From Acidobacteriota bacterium (GTDB taxonomy: Bacteria; Acidobacteriota; Thermoanaerobaculia; Multivoradales; JAHEKO01): a stretch of DNA of 63,183 nucleotides. The notes below the pieces were generated by a model, which did no database searches, was not told where the DNA came from, and saw only the letters and a program-made list of their open reading frames with translations. Within the stretch, counting starts at the first letter, position 1, and every line of letters begins with the position of its first letter. The position numbers and the translations under genes are program-made. This document shows, piece by piece, positions 17,917 through 25,881 of the stretch. The stretch spans positions 1 to 63,183 of the forward strand of contig JADFQD010000003.1 in NCBI GenBank assembly GCA_022561975.1, written 5' to 3'.

Positions 17917-20753
17917 TCGAGCCGGTCCGAGGGCTGAAAGCGAAACGCGACGGCGGCGCGTCTCGGCCCGGGGCTGCTTCGTCTCAGGCTCATTGGCCCG
18001 AGTTCGTCGAAGCGGTGGAACTTGGTGCCGATGGCCGGAATCTCGTGGAGTATTGCGAGGTCGAAGGCCGGCAGGGGAGGGGCGGTGAAGCGGGCCATGG
18101 GCTTGCCATCGACGGCATCGCCGCGAGGAAATCTGGGCTGCAGAAGGCCGAGAAAAACCTCGTCGTCCGATTCGAAGAGCATCGTCAGCTCACCTTCGGT
18201 GGTTGTCAGTCGAGCCCAGTAGGGGGAGGCGTAGAAGCCTTCGAGGACCGGGTAGTCCCAGGTCCGCCAGGGCGGTGATGGGTTGGGTGTGCCGGACCAG
18301 AATCCGAGGCGCGAGCCCGCGGTCCGATTCCGCCACACCCGGTGGGGCCCGGCAGCCAGCCAATCGATCCGCTCTATCTGCGCCTTCGGATAGTCGAAGA
18401 AGATGCCCTCGACCTCGGCTGCGCCTTCACTCCGATATTGCACCTGAAGGTGCAGCCAGCCGCGATCGTCGAGGCGCCAACGCACGTAGTTGAAGTGCGA
18501 GTCGTAGCGGAAAAGCGCGGTGGTCGATCCTGGTTCGTCCGATACCGAGACCGACGAGACCCGCGGTAGTCCGCCCGGGCGCGAGACACGCGGCCCACCC
18601 GACAGGGATAGCCGGCGGCCATCGTGCTCGATCGTGGCGAGCGTGCCGTGGGCGGCGTCGAGGGTGATGCGATGTGAACCGCTGCGAAGCTCGATGCGAT
18701 CGTCCTCGTGCCGTCCGATCGGTGAAGCTCGGTCGCCGGTCTCCCCGTTCAAGACTCGACGAGCGAAGTCGGAGGGGCCGCGTAGCGGCCAGACGCGTTC
18801 GAGAACCCGCCGGCCCTGGGGGTCGAGAGCGACGACCCGGAGCGCGTCGACCCGGCTCCGGGGAGGCTCGATGTCGAGCTCGAACTCGGTGATGCCGCCC
18901 GGCTCGAGGTCGGGCCCGACCAGGCTGCCTTGTGTCAGCACCTCGGTGCTGTCAGGGCCAGCGGGACTAGCGGGAGAGGGCCAGCCCAACCAGGCCCACT
19001 CCAGGCGGCAGTCGCGGAGATTGGTCCGGAAGAACCGATTCTCGATCCGCAGGATCGGAGTCGAGCCGTGGGCGAGGCGCTTTACATCCAAGGCAATCGG
19101 AGACCAGATCTCCTGCACCGCCAGGAAGCTCGCTTCTCTCTCTCGGTAGGGGCCGACGATGCCATCGGGGGCGAAATTGGAGAAGGTGTCGAGACGGCCA
19201 TCGCGATCGGTACGGGCGATGCCTTCGTCGAGAAATGCCCACAGGAAGAGTCCGGCCCCTCTCGGAGAGGTTCGAAGGAGCTTCCAGTAGTCGTCGAGAC
19301 CCGCACCCAACCCGCCGTCGTAGAGGCCGTGAAGCGCTTCGGTTGGCATCACGGGCACCGCCGGCCCAAAGAGCAGTCGGCTGAGCAGTCCGGGTTGCAA
19401 ACGCTCCTGCAGCTCTTCGAAGCTGGGATAGTGCTGCGTGTCGAGTCCGCCGGCGATGGCGCCGGGGTGGAGAACCGGACGCTGCTGCGGGTCGTGGTCG
19501 GTGAAATGTCGATCGAGGCTGCCGTTCCAGCCGCCCTCGTTGCCATTGTCCCAGAACAGGATCGACGGGTGGTTGCGATCGCGAACCACCAATTCCTCGA
19601 CCAGCTTTGCTCCGACCTCGGTGTCGTAGGCATCGTGCCAGCCGGGAAGCTCGTCGAGCACGTAGAGCCCGATGCGGTCGCAGGCCTCGAGAAAGGCGAC
19701 GTCGGGAGGGTAGTGAGACGAGCGAACGGCGTTGGCGTTCATTTCCTTGATCATCCGTGCGTCCTGCTCGTTCTGCTCGCGGCTCAGGGTCCGTCCGGTA
19801 TCGGGCCAGAACGAGTGACGGTTGATGCCCTTGAGCAGTACTCGCTTGCCGTTGACCAGGATGCCGCGATCGGGATCGATCTCTACGGAACGAAATCCGA
19901 AAACCTCGCTGTGACGATGAAGCACTTCGCCGTGAGCATCGAGCAACGACAGGTCGACACGGTAGAGCTGGGGATCCTCGGCACTCCAGGGCCGGATCGA
20001 GGGAACCCTGCGCGCGGCCTCGGCGCGCTCGCCGTTCACCGGTACGCGAAACGAGTCGAACCTTCGATCGCTGTTGAGCTCTCGAATCTCGACCATGAGC
20101 TCGACGCCACGTTCTCCGAGAAGCTCGACTTGGAGCTCGAGTTCGCCCGAATGATCGGCGGCGATGGCGATTCGTCGGATGCCGTCGACTGGAAGAATCT
20201 CGAGGTAGACCGGTCGGAAGATGCCTCCGAACACCCAATAGTCGGCATCGCGCTCGGCTTCGTTGACCGAGCGATTGGCGGATTCCTCCGCCACTCGGAC
20301 CTCGAGCAGATTGGACTCGCCGGGCCGTAGCCAGCGATCGATCGAGTAGGAAAAGCGGGTGAAGCCTCCCTGGTGGATCTCGCCGACCGATTCTCCATTC
20401 CAACGCACCTCGGTGTCGGTCATCGCGCCTTCGAAGACCAGCCACACCCGCTTTCCCGCGAGGTCAGGCGGCGCATCGAAACGATATCGGTACTCGCCGA
20501 CCTCGCTGGGTCTGCTGTCTTGACGGCCGTAGGCGTAGGTGCCGAAGCCCTGCTGCTCCCATTGCGAGGGCACCTCGATGGTGGTCCACCCTGCCGACCG
20601 CCTTCCGGCCGAGATCCGGAAGTCCCACTCGACGCCGTCTGCAGGGCCGGTCCCGGAAAGATAGAGTCGCTCGGTGTCGTTGGCAGCGTCGCTTTGGACC
20701 GCCGACACAGTCAGAACAGAGGCGAGCAAGAAGATCGGCGACCGCGTTGACAT
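17913..20753 (-). CDS. glycoside hydrolase family 2 (beta-galactosidase/mannosidase-like), secreted
   Basis: Start taken at MSTRSPIFLLASVLTVSAVQS (signal peptide). GH2 motifs NANAVRSSHYPP and ILFWDNGNEGG. The tracked ORF extension to 21134 overlaps arsR and its promoter and is rejected. Confidence 0.9.
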   Translation of the reverse strand: MSTRSPIFLLASVLTVSAVQSDAANDTERLYLSGTGPADGVEWDFRISAGRRSAGWTTIEVPSQWEQQGFGTYAYGRQDSRPSEVGEYRYRFDAPPDLAGKRVWLVFEGAMTDTEVRWNGESVGEIHQGGFTRFSYSIDRWLRPGESNLLEVRVAEESANRSVNEAERDADYWVFGGIFRPVYLEILPVDGIRRIAIAADHSGELELQVELLGERGVELMVEIRELNSDRRFDSFRVPVNGERAEAARRVPSIRPWSAEDPQLYRVDLSLLDAHGEVLHRHSEVFGFRSVEIDPDRGILVNGKRVLLKGINRHSFWPDTGRTLSREQNEQDARMIKEMNANAVRSSHYPPDVAFLEACDRIGLYVLDELPGWHDAYDTEVGAKLVEELVVRDRNHPSILFWDNGNEGGWNGSLDRHFTDHDPQQRPVLHPGAIAGGLDTQHYPSFEELQERLQPGLLSRLLFGPAVPVMPTEALHGLYDGGLGAGLDDYWKLLRTSPRGAGLFLWAFLDEGIARTDRDGRLDTFSNFAPDGIVGPYREREASFLAVQEIWSPIALDVKRLAHGSTPILRIENRFFRTNLRDCRLEWAWLGWPSPASPAGPDSTEVLTQGSLVGPDLEPGGITEFELDIEPPRSRVDALRVVALDPQGRRVLERVWPLRGPSDFARRVLNGETGDRASPIGRHEDDRIELRSGSHRITLDAAHGTLATIEHDGRRLSLSGGPRVSRPGGLPRVSSVSVSDEPGSTTALFRYDSHFNYVRWRLDDRGWLHLQVQYRSEGAAEVEGIFFDYPKAQIERIDWLAAGPHRVWRNRTAGSRLGFWSGTPNPSPPWRTWDYPVLEGFYASPYWARLTTTEGELTMLFESDDEVFLGLLQPRFPRGDAVDGKPMARFTAPPLPAFDLAILHEIPAIGTKFHRFDELGPMSLRRSSPGPRRAAVAFRFQPSDRLD

Positions 20754-20823
20754 CGGAGAGCCGATCCTACTGCGAGACGATTCTCCGAATGGCCTCGGTC
20801 CTTTGGTGGGGATCCGCGCCGGC

Positions 20824-20852
20824 TTGACACAAGAAGAGGCACGGCCTATAAT
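20824..20852 (+). promoter_or_regulatory. consensus sigma70 promoter of arsRM
   Basis: TTGACA (20824-20829), 17-nt spacer, TATAAT (20847-20852). The ATG of arsR starts 7 nt after the -10 box. Confidence 0.6.
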
Positions 20853-20858
20853 TGCATT

Positions 20859-21236
20859 ATGACGCAAACAAGCAATGAATCTACAGTGTGCTGTTCGGAC
20901 ATCGAGAACCTGTTCCCAACAGGGTTTTTCAAGGCCCTGGGCGACCCGAACCGGATCGCGTTGATGGCGCGACTGGCGATCTGTTGCGACTCGAAGACAG
21001 TCTCCGAGCTCTCGGACTGCTGTCCGACCGATCTTTCGGTGGTGTCCCGGCATCTCGGAACACTGCGTGAAGCCGGCATCGTGGAATCTGAGAAACGCGG
21101 CCGGGAGGTCTTCTACCGGCTGCGCTACGACCAACTGGCGAAATCGCTGCGGCAGATGGCCGACGCGATCGAAGAATGTTGTGCGGGCCCGGGCCAGTGG
21201 CGCTCCGCCGCGGAAACTATCGGAGGTTCAGAATGA
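20859..21236 (+). CDS. arsR: ArsR/SmtB-family metalloregulator
   Basis: wHTH core FKALGDPNRIALMARLA....VSELS......SVVSRHLGTLREAGIV...KRGREVFYRL. Four Cys-Cys pairs. Stop overlaps the arsM ATG (ATGA 21233-21236). Confidence 0.9.
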   Translation: MTQTSNESTVCCSDIENLFPTGFFKALGDPNRIALMARLAICCDSKTVSELSDCCPTDLSVVSRHLGTLREAGIVESEKRGREVFYRLRYDQLAKSLRQMADAIEECCAGPGQWRSAAETIGGSE

Positions 21237-22117
21237 ATAAGAAAGATCAGATCCGCAAGAGCGTCTCCCGTGCCTATGCCGAGGCCGTGACCACGGGTAG
21301 TGGTTGCTGCGGCGGATCGAGCTGTGGTGAAGCGACCTCCAATAAGACCCCGAAGGGCGTTGCGGCCAAGACCGCTGGGTACTCCGAAGAGGAGTTGGCG
21401 TCGCTTCCGGTCGAAGCGGCGGTCAACTCGTTCGGCTGCGGCAACCCGACCGCGTTCGCCGGCGTCCAGGAGGGCGAGGTCGTGGTCGATCTCGGCTCGG
21501 GGGCCGGGATCGATCTCCTGCTGGCGGCCAGGAAAGTCGGCACCACGGGTAGGGTGATCGGCATCGACATGACCGACGAGATGATCGTGCGAGCCCGGCA
21601 GGCCATCGCGTCGGCCGGCGCCGGCAACGTCGAGGTGCGCAAGGGCATTATCGAAGACCTGCCGCTCGAGGACGGCTTGGCCGATCTGGTGATCTCGAAC
21701 TGCGTGATCAATCTGTCCCCCGACAAGCCACGCGTTTTTTCCGAGATCGCGCGGGTGCTCAAACCGGGCGGTCGAATGTCGGTCTCGGACATCGTGGTCG
21801 AAGAGCTGCCGTGGTGGCTGCGGCGAATCCCGAGCGTCTACAACTCATGCGTCGGCGGCGCGATCAGCGAGAGCCGCTACGTCGAGGGCCTCGAAAGTGC
21901 CGGACTGGGAGACGTGGAAGTACTGGACCGGCTGGTCTACGATGCCGACCAGATGACCGCTCTCATGCTCTCCGAAGTGCCGAGCCGGCTCAAGACCGTG
22001 GTCAAGAAGCTCGGCCTCACCTGGCTGGTCCGCTTCTTTGCCCGCCGCCTCGAGGGCAAGATCTGGAGCGCCCGCTTCTCGGCGCGTAAACGGATGGTGA
22101 CCGCCTCGGCCGCCTGA
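21233..22117 (+). CDS. arsM: arsenite S-adenosylmethionine methyltransferase
   Basis: N-terminal SRAYAEAV..GSGCCG, FGCGNP, SAM motif VVDLGSGAGID, ISNCVINL, LKPGGRMSVSD. Typical ArsM cysteines are present. Confidence 0.9.
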   Translation: MNKKDQIRKSVSRAYAEAVTTGSGCCGGSSCGEATSNKTPKGVAAKTAGYSEEELASLPVEAAVNSFGCGNPTAFAGVQEGEVVVDLGSGAGIDLLLAARKVGTTGRVIGIDMTDEMIVRARQAIASAGAGNVEVRKGIIEDLPLEDGLADLVISNCVINLSPDKPRVFSEIARVLKPGGRMSVSDIVVEELPWWLRRIPSVYNSCVGGAISESRYVEGLESAGLGDVEVLDRLVYDADQMTALMLSEVPSRLKTVVKKLGLTWLVRFFARRLEGKIWSARFSARKRMVTASAA

Positions 22118-22178
22118 CACCACCCATGGGGTACGATTCCGCGGTCGATACAGAACCGCGTTTCGGAAGGAGACTCCC

Positions 22179-22619
22179 ATGGCCGAGAAAGAACCGCAGA
22201 GCCTGGCCAATCACCGGCGCATCGTGCCGATGTACCACTTGGTCTTGTTTTTCATCCTGGCAGCCAATTTCCTCCGGGCGGATTGGCTGCTCTACAAGCA
22301 CCCGAGTATCGATGCCGGGATGAGCCTGTTGCTGGCCTTCGGACTGGGCATACTCTTCCTCTACACGCGCACCTTTGCCGTGGCGGCACAGGATCGGCTG
22401 ATTCGGCTCGAAGAGCGCCTGCGCTTTGCTGAAATCCTGCCCGATGACCTCAAAGGTCGAATCGGTGACCTCAAGGAGGGCCAGTTGACCGGCTTGCGCT
22501 TCGCCTCCGACGGGGAAGTGCCCGATCTCGTCCGCCGGGTCCTGGACGGCAAGCTCGCCGGGCGCGAGGACATCAAGAAGGCGATCAAGACCTGGCGCCC
22601 CGACACCTACCGGGTCTAG
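22179..22619 (+). CDS. two-TM membrane protein (DUF6526-like, from memory)
   Basis: GGAAGGAG before the ATG. NHRRIVPMYHLVLFFILAANFL and LLLAFGLGILFLY helices, then a soluble tail. Confidence 0.7.
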   Translation: MAEKEPQSLANHRRIVPMYHLVLFFILAANFLRADWLLYKHPSIDAGMSLLLAFGLGILFLYTRTFAVAAQDRLIRLEERLRFAEILPDDLKGRIGDLKEGQLTGLRFASDGEVPDLVRRVLDGKLAGREDIKKAIKTWRPDTYRV

Positions 22620-22666
22620 AAGGGCCGGGTCTGACTCTTCTCATCGCCTCGCGTCACGTGCGAAAT

Positions 22667-23404
22667 CTAGTCCGGCAGTCGCACCGAGATGCCGAGTCCC
22701 ACAAACCAATCCGGAGCCTCATCCGAGAGACCGACACCGGCGGCGACGTCGAACTGCAGGTTGGACTTGACCAGATAGGTCCAGCCGGCGTCGAATGAGT
22801 GACTCGACTCACTGTCACCAAAGATTTCCAGGAAGAAGCCGTTCTTGTCGTCGATTCCGACGCCGGCAGCGAGCGTGTAGAAGAGGATCTCGTCGTCTTC
22901 CGGGAACTCGGCGCCGACATTGAAACCGATGCCGAGAGAGTCGCCGAAGTCCTTCGACAGCGCAAGGCGAGCCGAAGGCGCGTAATCAGCGGAAGTGAAT
23001 CCGTCGTCGCCGATCGGTACAGAGGTCTCGACCAGCACCGCAACCTGAGGTCGATCGGCTGTTTCCTCGGCAATCACCACCTTGGCGCCGAGCGAAGCGT
23101 CGCCGAGACCGCTCGCGCCGGGCACCAAAATGAAGCCGTCGAAGCCGATGCGAAGCTCGAGGCGGTCGCTAAGCCCGATACGAAGCAGGGTTCCAAGGGC
23201 TTCGGTGACCTCAGAGGTAGCGCCACCGCTCTTGCCGCGAGTGAAGAGAACGCCGGTTTCGATCTGAATCTTGCCGGGCTCGACGGTGACCGCCGATTCG
23301 GTTTGGTCGGGCCGGTCGGTCACCAGATCGGCCTGGGCCCAGGCCGGCGCGGCGTTGAATATGACCAACAAAAGCATGACGCCAAACTGCGGTAACCGGC
23401 TCAA
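22667..23404 (-). CDS. outer-membrane beta-barrel, 'MetA-pathway of phenol degradation'-like transporter family
   Basis: Start proposed at TTG 23404 (TTGA overlap with the phnE stop); GTG 23425 and ATG 23377 are alternatives. Signal peptide ...VIFNAAPAWA/QA. DRPDQTES motif. Alternating beta-strands. Terminal aromatic-rich strand. Confidence 0.8.
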   Translation of the reverse strand: MSRLPQFGVMLLLVIFNAAPAWAQADLVTDRPDQTESAVTVEPGKIQIETGVLFTRGKSGGATSEVTEALGTLLRIGLSDRLELRIGFDGFILVPGASGLGDASLGAKVVIAEETADRPQVAVLVETSVPIGDDGFTSADYAPSARLALSKDFGDSLGIGFNVGAEFPEDDEILFYTLAAGVGIDDKNGFFLEIFGDSESSHSFDAGWTYLVKSNLQFDVAAGVGLSDEAPDWFVGLGISVRLPD

Positions 23405-24180
23405 CGTACCCACCTCCGCACCCAAAAGGTCAGATTGTCTAGCATCAAAACAACGCCTATGATGACGGCGAGAAGCACCGCGACTTTCTCGTACTGGAAC
23501 CCGCGCACGTAGAGCAGGATGTAGTAGCCGACGCCACCGGCGCCCACCAGCCCGAGCACCGCGGCGTCGCGAAAGTTCATCTCCAGGCGGTAGACCGTAA
23601 ACGCCACGACTTGCGGGATGGACTGTGGCCAGAGCCCGTAGCGCAGAGTTTGACTCCAGGTGGCGCCGGTGCCGGAGACCGCATCGAGGATTCCCTTCTC
23701 CGCGGTCTCGAACTCTTCGGCGTAGAACTTACCCAGCATGCCGACCGAATGAAACGCGATCGCGAGCATGCCCGGGAACGGGCCGAGACCCACGGCCGCG
23801 ACGAACAGCATGGCAACCACAATCAGAGGAATCGAACGGATGAATCCCAAGAGCCATTTGACCGGATGGGAAATCCATGGCGGTGACACGTTCGAAGCGG
23901 CGAGAAAACCCAGCGGCAGCGAGAACACGACCGCCACGGCGGTTCCGGCGATCGCGATCATCAAGGTCTCGATGGTCGAGCGAAACACCAGCTTGCTGAC
24001 GCTCCAGTCGGGCGGCACGAGCCGCGAGAAGAACTCGACGAAGCGATCGCCCGAGCCGAGGAGCACGGCGAGGTCGAACTCCGACCAGCGAAGGGCCCAG
24101 AGAACGAAGCTGCTAATCGCCAACCAGGCGAATGTCCGAGCGAGGATTCGCCGTCGCCAGGCCTGTTTCAACGTCGACAT
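23401..24180 (-). CDS. phnE: PhnE-type ABC permease
   Basis: Start at MSTLKQAWRRR. Motifs LVPPDWS, ETLMIAIAGT, IRSIPLIV and the EAA-like loop GATWSQTLRYGLWPQ. Confidence 0.85.
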   Translation of the reverse strand: MSTLKQAWRRRILARTFAWLAISSFVLWALRWSEFDLAVLLGSGDRFVEFFSRLVPPDWSVSKLVFRSTIETLMIAIAGTAVAVVFSLPLGFLAASNVSPPWISHPVKWLLGFIRSIPLIVVAMLFVAAVGLGPFPGMLAIAFHSVGMLGKFYAEEFETAEKGILDAVSGTGATWSQTLRYGLWPQSIPQVVAFTVYRLEMNFRDAAVLGLVGAGGVGYYILLYVRGFQYEKVAVLLAVIIGVVLMLDNLTFWVRRWVR

Positions 24181-24982
24181 GCGAGGTCTCCTGAACGTCA
24201 AGGGGTGGTCGGGGCGAAGCCAGGTCCGAGCCGGTGGCTTCATCGGATGGGCGGCCGCGGTAGACCAGCTCGGCGATCTCATCCGTGAAGCCCTCGGGCG
24301 ATCCGTCATATACCAAGCGGCCCTGGGCGAGGCCGAGGAACCGGGTGGCGTATCGCCGAGCGAGTTCCGGCTGGTGGAGATCGACTAGCAGAGTCACCTC
24401 GCGCCGTGCGACGCAGGCCACGAGCAGTTCGAGGGCATCCTCGGCCAGCTCCGGGTCCAGCGCCGACACCGGCTCATCGGCCAGAATGATGTCGGCTTGC
24501 TGCATCAAGGCTCGGGCGATCGCGGTGCGCTGCTTCTGGCCGCCCGAGAGGGTTTCGACGCGCCGGTGTCCAAGGCCGTCGAGCTCGACCTCGGCCAGGA
24601 CCGACTCGGCCTCTATCCATTCGGTTCGCGGATAGATACCGAAAAAACTCATCCAGGGCGGCACCCTCCCAAGGGCTCCCTGGAGAACATTCTCGACCGC
24701 GGTCAATCGAGGCACCAGAAAGTACTCCTGGTCGATCATCGCCACGCGCCGCTGACGGCGCCTGCGGTCGCGCGCCGAGGCCGGGTCCCGGCCCAACACG
24801 CGAACGGTTCCGCTCGAAGGCCGAAGCCGGCCCTTGATCAGCCGGGCAAGCGTGGTCTTGCCCGAGCCGCTGTGGCCGAGCACGAAGACTCTTTCACCGG
24901 CACCGATCTCGAGGTGCTCGATGTCGAGGGCGAGCGATGAGCCGTAGAGCACATGGACCGAGTCGAGCTCGATCACCGTCAC
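24113..24982 (-). CDS. phnC: PhnC-type ABC ATPase
   Basis: GTG start overlapping the phnD stop (GTGA). Walker A GHSGSGKTT, signature LSGGQKQR, Walker B IILADEP. A 45-aa low-complexity tail overlaps phnE by 68 nt. Confidence 0.9.
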   Translation of the reverse strand: MTVIELDSVHVLYGSSLALDIEHLEIGAGERVFVLGHSGSGKTTLARLIKGRLRPSSGTVRVLGRDPASARDRRRRQRRVAMIDQEYFLVPRLTAVENVLQGALGRVPPWMSFFGIYPRTEWIEAESVLAEVELDGLGHRRVETLSGGQKQRTAIARALMQQADIILADEPVSALDPELAEDALELLVACVARREVTLLVDLHQPELARRYATRFLGLAQGRLVYDGSPEGFTDEIAELVYRGRPSDEATGSDLASPRPPLDVQETSHVDVETGLATANPRSDIRLVGD

Positions 24983-25881
24983 TTCAAGAATCCATTCTTG
25001 CGCGCCAGGTTTGCGACCTCGGCGTAGGTGTCATCGTCGGCCACGATATAGCCGTCGACCGCGTAGAGGTTTTTCAGCAGGCCGTGATGCTCACCCTCGT
25101 TGAGCGCTAAGAGCGCCGTTTGGAGGGCGGTCGTGACCTCGGGGTCGAGCCCGCTTCTCACCACCACGCAGTGGGAGGGAATCGGGCGCGATTCGGCAAT
25201 TGCCAGGAGTTGCTCGCGCTCCTCGGGCCGGAGAAGCCTGACCGAGTACTGTCCGACGCCGGCGGCATCCACGAACTTGTTGAGCACGGCGCGGATCGCC
25301 TGCTCGTCGCCGCCGGCGAAGTAGATCTTGCGGAAGAATTTCTCTGCGTCCTGCCGGCGCGCGATCAAGCCGGATTCGATGAAAGTCTCCAGGGGAAAAA
25401 GGTATCCGGAAGACGACAGCGGGTCGACGAAAGCCATCGACTTGGCCTCGAGCTGCGCCAGCGTCTCGATACCGCTGTCCTTGCGGACGAAGATTTTCGA
25501 CAGGTAGGTTGGCGAGCCGTCGTAGATCTCGCCCAGAATCGGCACCGCCCCCGACTGCTGGTGGGCGATGACGTACTGGAGCGGGCCCATGAAGCCGACA
25601 TCGGCAGTACCGGCCTTGAGAGCTTCGACGATGCCGGCGTAGTCGGTCGCGGCGAAGGTCTTGATCGGGCGGCCGATGGCCGCCTCGAGATACTCGGCCA
25701 CGGGTTCGACGCTCTCGAGCAGTTGGTCCGGGTTCTGGTAGGCGATGAACGCGATCCTGAGCGGTTCGCCGGTCGCGGCCTGCTCACCGTCGCCGGGTGT
25801 CGGGTCGCCGCAGGCCATCAGACCACCCAGCGCGACCACTACGGCGGTCGCGATTCGCGAAAGGGTCTTCGAGTGCTTCAT
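24979..25881 (-). CDS. phnD: PhnD-family periplasmic substrate-binding lipoprotein
   Basis: Lipobox GGLMACG. Motifs LRIAFIAYQNP, DYAGIVEALKAGTADVGFMGPLQY, DPLSSSGYLFP. ATGA overlap with the upstream gene. Confidence 0.9.
   Translation of the reverse strand: MKHSKTLSRIATAVVVALGGLMACGDPTPGDGEQAATGEPLRIAFIAYQNPDQLLESVEPVAEYLEAAIGRPIKTFAATDYAGIVEALKAGTADVGFMGPLQYVIAHQQSGAVPILGEIYDGSPTYLSKIFVRKDSGIETLAQLEAKSMAFVDPLSSSGYLFPLETFIESGLIARRQDAEKFFRKIYFAGGDEQAIRAVLNKFVDAAGVGQYSVRLLRPEEREQLLAIAESRPIPSHCVVVRSGLDPEVTTALQTALLALNEGEHHGLLKNLYAVDGYIVADDDTYAEVANLARKNGFLK

Noticed and set aside
20754-21134. Upstream 127-codon extension of the GH2 ORF.
   Set aside because: It runs through the arsR promoter and arsR coding region. 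The signal peptide begins at MSTRSPIFLL (20753).
23401-25881. Reading phnCDE as a phosphonate-utilisation locus.
   Set aside because: The window has no C-P lyase (phnG-M), phosphonatase (phnWX) or ptxD/htxA. The family assignment is kept but the substrate is left open.
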